A stretch of DNA of 36,809 bases. Source: Perkinsus olseni (taxonomy: Eukaryota). The position numbers and the translations under genes were made by a program. The stretch is taken from the NCBI GenBank assembly GCA_013115125.1, contig JABANN010000346.1, forward strand, positions 1 through 36,809, read 5' to 3'. Of this stretch, positions 23,471 to 34,590 are shown one piece after another. Position 1 is the first letter of the stretch; each line of letters opens with the position of its first letter. The notes under the pieces are model-generated. The model did not search any database. It was not told where the DNA came from and saw only the letters and a list, made by a program, of their open reading frames with translations.

Positions 23471-26400
23471 ATGGGCTCTTATGTAGGTCTTATCATCGGC
23501 ATCACTGTTGCTGCGCTGTTAGCGGGGTATCGAGTGCGAGGGCTCTCCTTGGGGGCTGCTGTACAGCAAGAGCCTTTCGCCTTACAGACGGGTTCTTCCC
23601 TTTATGGTAATAAGATCAGCCACTGTTCTACAGATGACTGATGGTTCTCATCAGGGAGCACCTGTAAAGAGCCTCCGCCTGAGGTGGGTTCGGCTACTTG
23701 GGAGTGGCAGTCGTTTGACGGCGAGGAAGCGGCGGTGTACACATGTAGGCTTGCCGTCAGACACCATGTTCTAAGTGTGAGGGTAACCCGTGCCAGGTGA
23801 ACCGGGCACCCTCACTCCGGACAATAAGAAGACCTTCATCGTGAAATGCTCGGCCCTTGGCGCTTATGTTGGCCTGTCGAGGTGCGAGAGGCGAGGGTGC
23901 ACCGATGTCCCAGCCAGTATACCCAATGGGGAATTAGCGGGAAATGTGGTATGGAAATATTCACGCTTGCACAGAGCCTTCATAGACTTACTACTTCAGG
24001 ACCATCCTTCGGCCTTCATCGATCTCCAGTCACACGGGAAGAGCTTCTCGAGGAGGCCCTTCGGCTTCCTCTTCCCTGGAGAGACCGTCAACTACACATG
24101 CAGTCTGGGCCATACCGGTGATGGCGTCCCTAACGGGCCGAAGACTATAGTGTACGTGTGCAACTCCAACAAGGGGGAAATGGTAGTAATGGCTGGTGGG
24201 GAGGCTGTGGTGGGGTACGGAGTCCCATAAGGTGCCTCTTGGGTCATCCCTGTCGGGCTGCGAGCCGGTGAATTGCGGAGCCCCTCCCTACGTGAAGGCA
24301 GGGGAAGCGTTGGTGGAGGACATCCACGGGAAGATCTCCTACGGCCATAGTGTCGACTACAAGTGTTCACCAGGCTTCACTGCAGGCTCACCGGCAGCCC
24401 ACGATGCCCATGAGAATGATCACTTTACGGCGTACTAGGCAGTACTGGTGGTGGGACCCTCACCGAGTGGCGCTGTTGTTAGGACATGTGGGCCGGACGG
24501 TCATTGGCAGCCCTCGCCCTTCCCTACCTGCACTGCGGTCATGTGCCGCACACCCCTGCACGTGCCCAACGCGAAGCCTTCAATTACGGCAGAGGTGGGA
24601 TGTCGTGTGCGATACTGCCGGCTTAGTAGTCGTGGTGCTCAGGCCGCGGTCGTTCGTGTTGGGCAGCGACTGGAGTATACTTGTGATGTGGGTTACACAA
24701 CCACCGACGAGACTGGACAGTTCAGCCTCCCCTGCGAGACTGTCTGGAAGGCTGATGGCGACGTCAGGGTGTAAGCTGTCGGGGCAATCCATCAATTTAG
24801 AATGCATCATTCAGGGAGATCACGAGCCCGAAGTCGGCGCCATGCGAGCGAGTGGTGTGCCATGAGAACCCTCCGTCTATCAATAATGCCACGCTGAGCT
24901 CTCCCCTCGACAACATAGACCTCCTGCGTTTCGACGATCAGGTAGGGCTCCTCCTTCTGGGGTGCTTCTGGGTAGTAGTAGGCAGCTGGTGTCCTTGCTC
25001 AGCTCAACTACACCTGTACTGATGGCAACGCTGTTAATGGCGAGGCCGGCCGGAGGACGCTGACGGTGCGGTGTGATGCTGCGGGAGACTGGGAGTAAGC
25101 TGTTGGTGGTGAAGTGGGCCTGTGATCTTTGCTGCCTCTGTAGCGTCCCTATGGATACCTGCCAGCCTGTCCAATGTGGCGAGGTGGAGGACATCCCGTC
25201 ACGATGGAGCATGAACACTGACCGTGGCAACCTTACCACCGCCGGCCCTACCGTTATAGCCGGCCAGACGATCTCATTGGTAGGCCTGGGCAAGCGTCCA
25301 CTGCTACCATTCTAACGCTCTTGCCGCCCTTCAGTCGTGCAATGCTCATTCCCGCATTGTGGGTAGCTCCCGCAGCACAGTGGAGGTCCTGTGCGGCGAG
25401 GATGGCAACTTCGTCAACCCAACGGGTGGTGTGTGCGCAGCCGACTGTAAGCGGCTCAACAGCAGCTTCTCCTGTCTGCTACTTCTTCTGATGACCATCA
25501 GGCCCCATGCCGGAGATAGAGGGGGCCCATGCAGTAGGCGTCGGCCGAGACACCTCCCATGTACCCTACCAGAGCAGTCTGCAGTTCCAGTGTGACGAGC
25601 CTATCAAGTACGTAGAGGCCAGTGCGCCCTGCTGTCGCATGCCTGAATCAGGTCCCACTTCGAGGTCTCGCTGGACTACCCTGTGTCGGTCACCGCCAAG
25701 CCCTTGACGCCGGACTCCTCGTCTGTGGACTTAACCTGCGGTCAAAGCGGAGAGCTCAGATACCGAGGTTATCAACTTCATTGGTATCCGGTCTTCAATA
25801 CTTGTAATTTCAGATACGCTTCTAGGCAACATGGAGCTGTCCTGTGCGAAAAGGAGATGCACCGGTCCCTTGCCGGTTATCGCGCACGCCCGGGCGATCG
25901 ATTTCAACCCTACCGAGGGCGGTAGAGTTGATGATCGTGTGGAGTTTGTCTGTGACGAAAAGTGGGCTCCTGGCGGGGATGGTGGGGTTACTGCTGTATG
26001 TGTGATTGACGAAGGGAAGACCGGTGAGTACTATGGGGACGACTGCGGTTCTGCAGTAGCAGTTGGTGACCTCGACAGGTGCAGAGCCTCAGTGGCGACC
26101 TTCAGGAGAGGAATGTGTCCCGAGTTCCCCCTCTGTCGGGGTAGGGGTGTATAAAGAGGGTCATGAGCCGCCAGTGGAGGTTGCTGGCGGGTAGACTTAT
26201 GCTTCGCTCCGCTGTAGCTGTATGGTCATTTACACAGGTCACAAGACTGTACCTGGCCAGAAGTGCCAGGGGCGACTGTGGAGGTGGGAGAGGATGCCCA
26301 GTCCGCTACTTACACATGCAAGGAGTCAAACAGGTCGCGATCAGTTTCGACTCGTTGTGGTCCTAAGGTGAGCTGCTCAGATACATCTACAGCCGAGCGA

Positions 26401-28097
26401 CCGTCACGGTTACCTGTGATAAGTTTTCGGATGGATCGTCAAGGCTGTCCATACCGCTGCCGGTAGTGGAGGGATGTACAGAAGAGGAGAAGGAGTGGTA
26501 CGGTATGCTTGGGATGCTACGGGCGTTGAGGTCTAGTCAGGTGTTGGGATGATGAGCTCGGAGTCAAAGCCTCTCCTGGCCAGAGGGTATTGGTTTACTG
26601 TGATGACGACGAGGAAGATGAGGAAGGGGCTGGGGACACTCATACCTTTACCGCGTCCAGCACGTCTTTCAATGCTACTACAACCGTTACTGACAGGGCC
26701 TCAAGTCTGGGGCCTACCAACACCTCTACTGCTGGTCACGATGGCCCGACCGAGGGCAGCGTATCCACGGCAGTCACCATTGGCACTCCGCCTGCCCGAA
26801 CTACCGTTGCTCATACTACTGTCAGCGGTAGCGTAACCACAACACCGCCCACAGGAGGTGGGCCTCATCGTTCTGAAGTGGAACAATCAGGAGCGGGGTG
26901 AGTTTGGGCGCTTATGGTCATCACCATTATCGCCCGACTACTTCCCTTGTCTCAGATTGTCCGAGGCTGCCGAGTCTTCATTCCTACAGTCAATGGAATT
27001 GGAGTCCAGCCGACTGCTGCGAGGGGAGGCTCGAGGAGGAGGAGGGCTGGAGCCGTCGGAGAGCCCCAATGGGAATGCAACAAGAGATGAGCATGAGATA
27101 AGGGATGGAGTGTGGGATACGACGATAGAGGAGCCTGTGAAGAGGATACCCTATAGGCTCATACCGTACTACAGGCAGAAGCTTGAAGGCAACAGTAACA
27201 ATACTGAGGAGGTGGGCTCTAATCACACTGGGCACGAGGACGCCTCGCAGCCTCATACTGGGCATGACGACGCCTCTCAGCCTCATACTGGGCACGAGGA
27301 CGCCTCGCAGCCTCATACTGGGCGTGAGGACGCCTCTCAGCCTCATACTGGGCGTGAGGACGCCTCTCAGCCTCATACTGGGCATGAGGACGCCTCGCAG
27401 CCTCATACTGGGCATGGGGACGCCTCGCAGCCTCATACTGGGCATGGGGACGCCTCTCAGCCTCACACTGGGCGTGAGGACGCCTCGCAGCCTCATACTG
27501 GGCATGAGGACGCCTCTCAGCCTCATACTGGGCGTGAGGATGCTTCAGGCCGCTATACTGGTGAGGAGGACGCTATTGGTTCATATAATGAAGATGAGGA
27601 CCTCAGTGCTTCCCCGCACAAGCATCGGTCTTCCATTGACGGGGTACATACTGAAGAGGTAGCGGACAGTAGGCAGCATCCTCCTGTTGTCCATGATAAG
27701 GCGGGACACCACTCATGGGGGTTGGGTATACGGAATCATGAGAATTATGCGATGCTGTGTCGTAAAGATGGTAGCTGGTTGAAGCCTGAGGCAAGGGTCT
27801 GTAGACCGGTGGTGCGGGTGCAGCAAGAGCCCCCTCCTGAAGCCGAGGTAGGCTCATATTTTGTTGCCTCTCCACGCATGGCCTTCTCTTCAGCAAGGAG
27901 CCTTTACCTACGCTACCCATACATCACCGAGTAAAGTAGCGGCTGGCAAGCTGTTGGCAGAAGTTGACGTCTCGAGAGCCCTCGGGAGTCGGGAGAGCGT
28001 TGCCGCTGCCTTCAGCATGAAGGGTCAAGCGCATCCGCTCTCCTTCATGGGGGCGGTTGCTATACCAACGCTCTTGTGCTTCGTGCACGCCTTGTGA
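23471..28097 (+). CDS. Large sushi/CCP-domain surface protein with signal peptide, Thr-rich stalk, His-rich repeat and probable GPI-anchor signal
   Basis: Signal-like MGSYVGLIIGITVAALLAG. Roughly ten C-x-x-P...G..V.Y.C...C...G.W...C modules (e.g. CGAPPYVKAG...YGHSVDYKCSPGF...TCGPDGHW...PTC). Thr/Ser-rich segment at 26640-26850. The last exon, after intron 27848-27892, ends PLSFMGAVAIPTLLCFVHAL*. Confidence 0.85.
27224..27553 (+). repeat. Coding 30-bp minisatellite, 11 copies, encoding HTG(H/R)(E/D/G)DASQP
   Basis: Unit approximately CATACTGGGCATGAGGACGCCTCGCAGCCT, followed by two degenerate copies to ~27613. Confidence 0.97.
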
Positions 28098-28243
28098 TAC
28101 CTCCTGTTAATCGGGAGCAGCATGTCTACCAAAGTAGCCAACCTGTCATCGTCGTCGTCGTCGTCGTCGTTACCGTTGTTGGCCTTGCGTTGTCGTTGGG
28201 CAGCTGTAGTGCCATCAGTTGTTCCGAGTTCGCTTGACTTCAA

Positions 28244-31200
28244 ATGGATGGCCATCCCTCTGCCGCCCCCAACAGTCAACACTTCGGTGCCCAAGCTGTC
28301 GTCAACGCCACGGCGGTGCTCTTTGGGACTCACTCGGATGCTAATGCAAAGTAGGCTGCTGCTTCTGACTGCTGGGAGGTCCACTGTGGAAGCTGTTAGG
28401 CGGCAAGCTGACGAATACCTTCGACGCTTCGCTGAGGACAGTACCGCTATATGGCAAGTATGGAAGACGTTACTTCAGGACGGCGACCCCAATGTTAAGT
28501 AGTACAACCGCCATTGGCTTGGGAAGTTCGGGCCTTATACTGTGCGCAGGTTCATAGCTGCACAGACGATGTACCTGAGAGCTCGGTCATCGTCCTCTAG
28601 ACGTCCCCCGATGGTCAAGGAGTTGTTCACCATCCTATCGCAGGGAGGGGATAGTGGATTACCTCCCTTGGTACAGCAGCGACTGGCCCTCACACTAGCG
28701 GCCTTGGCAGCCCGTGCAGTGTACTCCAACAGGGAGGAGGAGGCAGCGGAGTGGGTGGTGCAGGGAGCTGGTCCCGGCTACTCTCCAGTGAAGGCTCTCG
28801 TTGACTTCACCGTATCCTCGCCTGCTCACGTTGGCATGGGCCTGTTCATGCTGACGTCTCTGGCTAGCGAGTGTTCTGCTTTGGTCGACCGAGGCATGCG
28901 GAGTCGCCAGTCCCTGCCGCCGATCCCGGATCTGGAGTCGGTGTGGTCCCTCCTGCCGCAGGCTAACCCTACTGTGGACCAGGCCCATGGTTTGATCACT
29001 GCGTGGGGGAAGGCTACCTCCTCTCTGCAGTTGGGCTCCTCATCGCCGCTGTGCAATGTCGGTGTTGCCCAGTGGCTGGTCTCCCATAACATGCTGGACA
29101 CCATAGTGGACTGCCTAGAGCATAGCCCCAACGCCTACTCACAGTGGCGCACTACCAAGGGCGAGTCAGCCGAGTTGTTGTCTAAGTGCTCCGATGGCGA
29201 GCGTGTTGCTCTCGCCTCCGTCCTATCCTTCCTACGTAATGTTGGCAGCAACTTGGAGAAGGCTGATCGTGATGAGGTTGACAAGGCCGCTCGTTACTGC
29301 AGGGTTTTGGCATGTTCGTGGACGCCATTGCTCTTCGACACCTGTGGGGAAGTCATACTACCCTGTATGGCCGGTATATTGCGGCTCCCTCGGTGGCCTG
29401 ACTGCGCCGCTTCGCCGGTCCTCGACGTTTGGGAATCTCTGAGGGGCATGTGGAATGAGAAGTGCCTGAGTGCAGAGCAAGTAGCGACTCTAATAAGGGT
29501 CCTTGGTGGGCCGACCATCGAGGCTGTGTTGCGCTTCTCTAGAGTAGATTCCACCCCACTTCACGCCAGTCGAGCGGACGACGGGGAGGAGGAAGGACGG
29601 GAGAACTTCCGAGCTTTCCGTGACCTATCGCGTGATGTCACAGTAGACGTGTATTCCCTAGCTAATGGTCTCGGCCACGGTGATGCCTTTTTGGAACAGT
29701 GCTGTCGAGCTGGTCAGGAGGCTCCAGTAGAGCTCGAGGCCAGCCTGCATGCCTTGATGGGGGTTGCTGAGCTCTACTCGGGTGCTGGTCGAGTGCCCTC
29801 TCCCATCCAACATATTTTAGAGAAGGGTTTGGCCGCAGCTAGCAACCCCTCCTGTAGCGTGCCATTGTGCCAAGCCGTCGCTGGGCTGCTCACCACCATG
29901 GCCGGGCAGGTGGCGGCTGTCCCTGGCCTCCTCAGGGCTGCTATTGAGTGGTCCGCTGGTGTAGGGCTCGATAGATGTCCAAGTGAAGTAACAACAGCTC
30001 TGATGGCTCTGTGTAGTGAGGAGAGTGCCCTTCCAGTATTGCTACCGGTAGTGGAGCAAGGTCTGTTGCCGAGGGCCAAGGCGGCAGCTCAGCATATCTC
30101 CCCAGAAGCTGATGCCACTATGTTCGGGGCCCTCGTGTGTGTCGTCCGGTCCATAGAGGATAAGCAGGCCAAGGATGTGGGCTTGGCGACGGTACTCACA
30201 GAGGCCCTCACTATGAAGCCCTTCGATCTCATGGCGGACTTCTATCGAGAGGTACTCCGAGCACAGACCTGCTGCTGGGCAGTGGCTGCCCAGAAGGATT
30301 CCCGCACTCCCCAGCGGGACGCCCTGCCCAGGTCAACCCGAATCTTGGCACAGCATCTCCGCGTACACGCGGACAGCTTACACAAGTACTTGCCCGCTGC
30401 TGGTCCAGCCGTCTACTCGACGGCTATCCGAGCAGGCCCCTCTCCTGCCCACAAGAGATTGCCGGGGGAATTGAACCCGACATCGATAGCTCCTGTTTGC
30501 CACCATTACTTGCGCTACCTGGTGCGGGCTACTGCAGGCAGCATGCGAACGCCTGAAGGGGCTGACCTGACGAGTGCCCTTCTCGACCTCTGTGCTCGGC
30601 TGCTGCGTGAGGGTGTAGTCTGTCCTCTCTCTATTGTTGCTGATTGGGTTATGTATGGTGGCTGCTCCACGGCTACCATGCTCCAGCCGATACTCTCGCT
30701 AGGCCTTCAGGCTACTGACCGGTCTTGCACGGCTCACGGCGTACAGACTGCTGCACCTTTATTCCAGCTGCTCTATTGGGCTGCTGTGGAGAATAGGGAT
30801 TCTGGCCTGTATCAGAACTCCGAAGTCCTCGCTGCCACGCTTGCTGTGGCCGTTCGTTCCTGCTTGCCCTCGACTGATAGAGAGCTAGACTCGTGGGTAC
30901 TGCGGTACTTGGCAAGGCTCGTGACGGCGAGAGACGAGGTGGTGCGGAGGGCGGTCCAAGGCGAGTTCCAGAATTTAGTCGTTGGCCTTTTGCGGAACTT
31001 CACTCGCTACAATAGAGCGAATGCTAGCCGTACCTACGCCCTCTTCCAAGCGCTGCTCGAGGTCTACCCGGAGCAGTTCAGACAAGTCTGCGTGTCGGCC
31101 TTCAACGACAACTCAATCGACAGTGTTGACAAGAAGCTCAGTCCGGCTCAGAAGTCATTAGCCTTGGAGTGCTTCGGCGCCCTACGGGGCATGAAGTTGA

Positions 31201-31337
31201 AGATGTTCCTCACTGTCCTCACCAATATAGATCTAGGGCTAGTCTCGGCAGACGAGGGACTTGTGCCGTACGAGGCTATGCTGGAGGCCGAAAGAGCACC
31301 CAAGCAGGGAGGTGTTATTGATCTTACCATCGACTGA
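28244..31337 (+). CDS. Importin-beta-like HEAT-repeat protein (importin-13/transportin-3-like)
   Basis: The spliced N-terminus AVVNATAVLFGTHSDANAK|RQADEYLRRFAEDSTAIWQVWKTLLQDGDPNVK|FIAAQTMYLR fits the IBN_N pattern. VQQRLALTLAALA and GLFMLTSLASEC fit the Xpo1-type region. About 1000 aa of helical, Leu/Ala-rich sequence. Confidence 0.72.
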
Positions 31338-31627
31338 TTGCTGTTACTTTTACTCCGGAGTACCATTGCCACATTCGCTGCCACTCTTAGTGGCGGCTGA
31401 TACAATAAAGCCGACGTTGTGTCTTCTAATATGCTGTTACACTTTTCACACGACTCGTGTGCGCCTTGCGGTTGTATTAATGAGGGATGCACGGGTCTGC
31501 CTCGCGGCTTCCTTTGGACGGGCTAGTCACAGTGGGCGGGGGCGATTGCTGAGCTGTATGGAGGGACTGGTAGACGGGACGGGAGCCTCTCTTGACCATC
31601 AGAATTGTATGCTTGTTGTTGCCTCAG

Positions 31628-33421
31628 ATGGCCGCTGCCTCCTTGTCGGCCTTAGTGATGCCACTATGCACCTCTGACTGGGATATGGTGGTGGCTGTCC
31701 TTACCGGCTGTCTAAATAGCAATACTAAGATCATCACCACCAGTGCTCAGCTCGACCTGCTGCTCTCCTGCGTCACGTCGATCCATCTCATACCGCAGCC
31801 TTGGACACGGCGCCAAGTACTAGTTCTTACGACATGCATACTGGTACGGAGTGGGCTGATGGGAGTCCCTGCCGTCCTGGGAGAGTACCTCCTCAGGTCG
31901 TGGGATGACTGTGACTTCGGTGCTACACTCACCTTCGATGACGCGAGGTTCCTCATATGCCTGGCTCACAGTAGTGAGCAAGGGAGTGATGATGATGAGC
32001 CTTTGATGTGTCGAATCCTGAGATCACCGAGGGTTGCCGCCACCTTCCTGTCGTCTACTCACGTGCATTCGACATTGGAGATGCTGCTTGACATCATGCT
32101 CAGAACTGGCTGGTCACACGGCAGCTTTCGTCGTCCATGCGGGATGTGCGCTCTACTGCGCTGCTTCGATTCGGGAGCACCTACCGAGGTTGATGTGGTC
32201 GACACTTGTCTGCAGCTCATCCAGGCCTGCGTCCGGAGTGGCCGATTGGACAGGATGGAGAGATGCCTCAGAGGGAGGTTAATGGAACATGAGGCGGCTG
32301 AGATCCCTATGATGTGCTTCATAGGAGCGTTGAGGAAACCGCAAGATTGCAAGTGGTTGCAAGGAAGGCTATCGAGCCACCCCTATCCCCCTGTGGTCCG
32401 AGGGGTGATAGTTTCTCTATACAATTCTGAGCAGCTCGGGCTGTCGGAGTGTGTGGATGACCTCCTTTACTGCGCAACCGAGGGGTGCTTCCGTGTGGAC
32501 GTCGGCAACATGCACCTCCACCTTTCGAGACACTCCCCTGAAATCGCCACGGCTCTCGGGAGGGCACTTTTGGCGGCCTCTAGTCCGCAAGCAGCGGCTG
32601 GCCGAGCGCTGCATGTGATTCGCCAGCATGCGTTGAAGTGGTCGAGTCTGTGGCGGTCGCGAGAAGAGAGGATACGCTGGTTGGGAGAGGGCTTCTATAT
32701 GGTCGTTTGTGTGGTCTTCAAGGGCCTGATAGGCTTCGTTCCGCCAGAGGCCGTCCTCGAGACGGTATTGCTGCTCAACGTCTTCAGACAGGACACAGCT
32801 GATAGCGAGGCTTTGGTCTCCACTGCCCTGTCGAAGGTGGACCCTGGAGAGCTTGCCAGACTCATCCTGCCACTACGAGAAGGAGATGAGTTGGTGACGG
32901 GCCTGTCGTGGTTGGGGCAGAAGGGCAGTGAGGTCTGCAACAGGCTGTGTTTGCCCCTCCTCTATCGAGGTCTGCTCACCTCGGTCGCAGCTGCCACCGC
33001 CCTCATGGCTGTTACCGCTGGTGGATTGCCCTACCGTGACCGCCTGGAGTTCGCGTCAAGAGCGCTGGATGTGCATAGACCAGAGCAGTGTGGGCCCCTC
33101 AGCCTTGCCATCTGCCGGCTGATGGAGGCTGCTGATACGGATGCTGACCTCGCTGGAAGGATGCTGTCCTCAGCCCGTGACGCTACCCTGCAGTGCGCAG
33201 ACGCCCACACAGCCGCCTCGCTGTATGAGGTCTTCCTCAGGGCAGGCCGACGATGGGCGCCATTGGCGGTTAAGCTGCTCTTCGTCCCAACAAAGTTCGA
33301 TGCCGAGGAGATCTTCCGGCGGGTGGTCACGTCTGAGTATGACTTGGTGTCGAAGAGTACGATGTTCCATCAGTGGATACAGCTGGTGCACCCCTCCAGC
33401 CTCCTGACTAGCTCCCTATGA
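31628..33421 (+). CDS. Intronless ~597-aa Leu-rich helical protein ending in -SSL; candidate peroxin PEX8
   Basis: Single uninterrupted ORF from ATG 31628, directly after a polypyrimidine-AG. The gene itself is well supported; the PEX8 identity is a hypothesis (see findings). Confidence 0.65.
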   Translation: MAAASLSALVMPLCTSDWDMVVAVLTGCLNSNTKIITTSAQLDLLLSCVTSIHLIPQPWTRRQVLVLTTCILVRSGLMGVPAVLGEYLLRSWDDCDFGATLTFDDARFLICLAHSSEQGSDDDEPLMCRILRSPRVAATFLSSTHVHSTLEMLLDIMLRTGWSHGSFRRPCGMCALLRCFDSGAPTEVDVVDTCLQLIQACVRSGRLDRMERCLRGRLMEHEAAEIPMMCFIGALRKPQDCKWLQGRLSSHPYPPVVRGVIVSLYNSEQLGLSECVDDLLYCATEGCFRVDVGNMHLHLSRHSPEIATALGRALLAASSPQAAAGRALHVIRQHALKWSSLWRSREERIRWLGEGFYMVVCVVFKGLIGFVPPEAVLETVLLLNVFRQDTADSEALVSTALSKVDPGELARLILPLREGDELVTGLSWLGQKGSEVCNRLCLPLLYRGLLTSVAAATALMAVTAGGLPYRDRLEFASRALDVHRPEQCGPLSLAICRLMEAADTDADLAGRMLSSARDATLQCADAHTAASLYEVFLRAGRRWAPLAVKLLFVPTKFDAEEIFRRVVTSEYDLVSKSTMFHQWIQLVHPSSLLTSSL

Positions 33422-33545
33422 TGATCAGGGGCCACCCACTGATTTAATTCGACCATTGCATCATTGACGTTTCTAAGGCTACTGCTGCCGCTGTCGTGTA
33501 GGAGGCCGCGGCGGATAGTGAGTCTTCCACTCAGCTAATACACTC

Positions 33546-34508
33546 ATGCGCCTACTGGGCCTGTTCCTGCTCTTGCCGGCCGTCATCTTGGCAGTCCGCC
33601 GCCACCACGATCGGACTTCATCGCTCCTCCAGCAGAAGTCAGTAGCACCGGTGGACTCTCCCGACGCCAGGGTCTTGGAGAGGGACACTCCGCGACTGAT
33701 GAGTAAGCCTGTTCCCACTCTCGCCATAGATGGAGTTTGGTCTCCTTCTTGGCAAGGTACTGGCATTGAAGAGGAGCTGCCGCAAAGTGCCTACAAACCT
33801 GAGGTCAGTGCGGCTGCCTCAGGGCGTGTATGACTAGCGTGCTTTTGGTTTAACCTGCAATCATAATACGGGCAACTGCGCTTACTACAGTTAGTCAACT
33901 AGAGTTTGGACTGTAGGCGTTGGAATGTATAGACACTGGGGGTAGACAATACTGCGGCGGCTGAGGCTTATAGCGCATAGTTACAAGGATGGTCCGCCTT
34001 GACCCCAGTTCAATAGCCAACAACAGCAGGCTCCCCGTATCGAGTCGTTAGCGACACGATCAGCGTGATTGTCATAGGCCACTGTGTCTGGACTCTCGTT
34101 GTGACGCAGATACTATCGCCGGAGACCAAGGCCCAGTTGGGATTCTTTTCGAGGATGTTGGCGAGGCTGGGGGCCGAGTCTGGGCAGCTCCACACCCCGG
34201 CCAGGTCGGAGGACATAAGCAAATTCATGAACTTCAGGCAGACTAAGTGAGCACCCATGGTGGTGGGTTTGTTCGGCGGAGCGATTTTTTTTAGATGCTG
34301 CGCCCCGGAGGTCAAAGGTTTTGATGCCTTCGCGGAATCTGAGGGACAGCCAGTTCGAGCTGAGAACATATCGGTCAATTTACAACAGCTGAGGGCTGTT
34401 AATTTGGACGGCGAGGCTGACCTTGTCAGTGGTGGGCACGTACAGGGCCTGTCAGGCTTCGGCCTACTCGTTAGCATGGCAATTGGAGCCCTACTATTGA
34501 CATGTTGA
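33546..34508 (+). CDS. Small secreted, probably GPI-anchored protein (~202 aa, three exons)
   Basis: Signal peptide MRLLGLFLLLPAVILA. In-phase introns at 33804-34109 and 34247-34294. Hydrophobic C-terminus GLSGFGLLVSMAIGALLLTC*. Confidence 0.7.
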
Positions 34509-34590
34509 TGCGCCTGTTGTCCCTGCTGACTGTGACGCTGGTTGGGTTGGTGGCTGGGTGTGGTACGGTCTCTCAGGATTACCTTGTTCC

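Noticed and set aside
26990..27662. Antisense and alternative-frame repeat ORFs (MRLRGVL..., RSLILG...)
   Set aside because: These are shadows of the 30-bp coding minisatellite.
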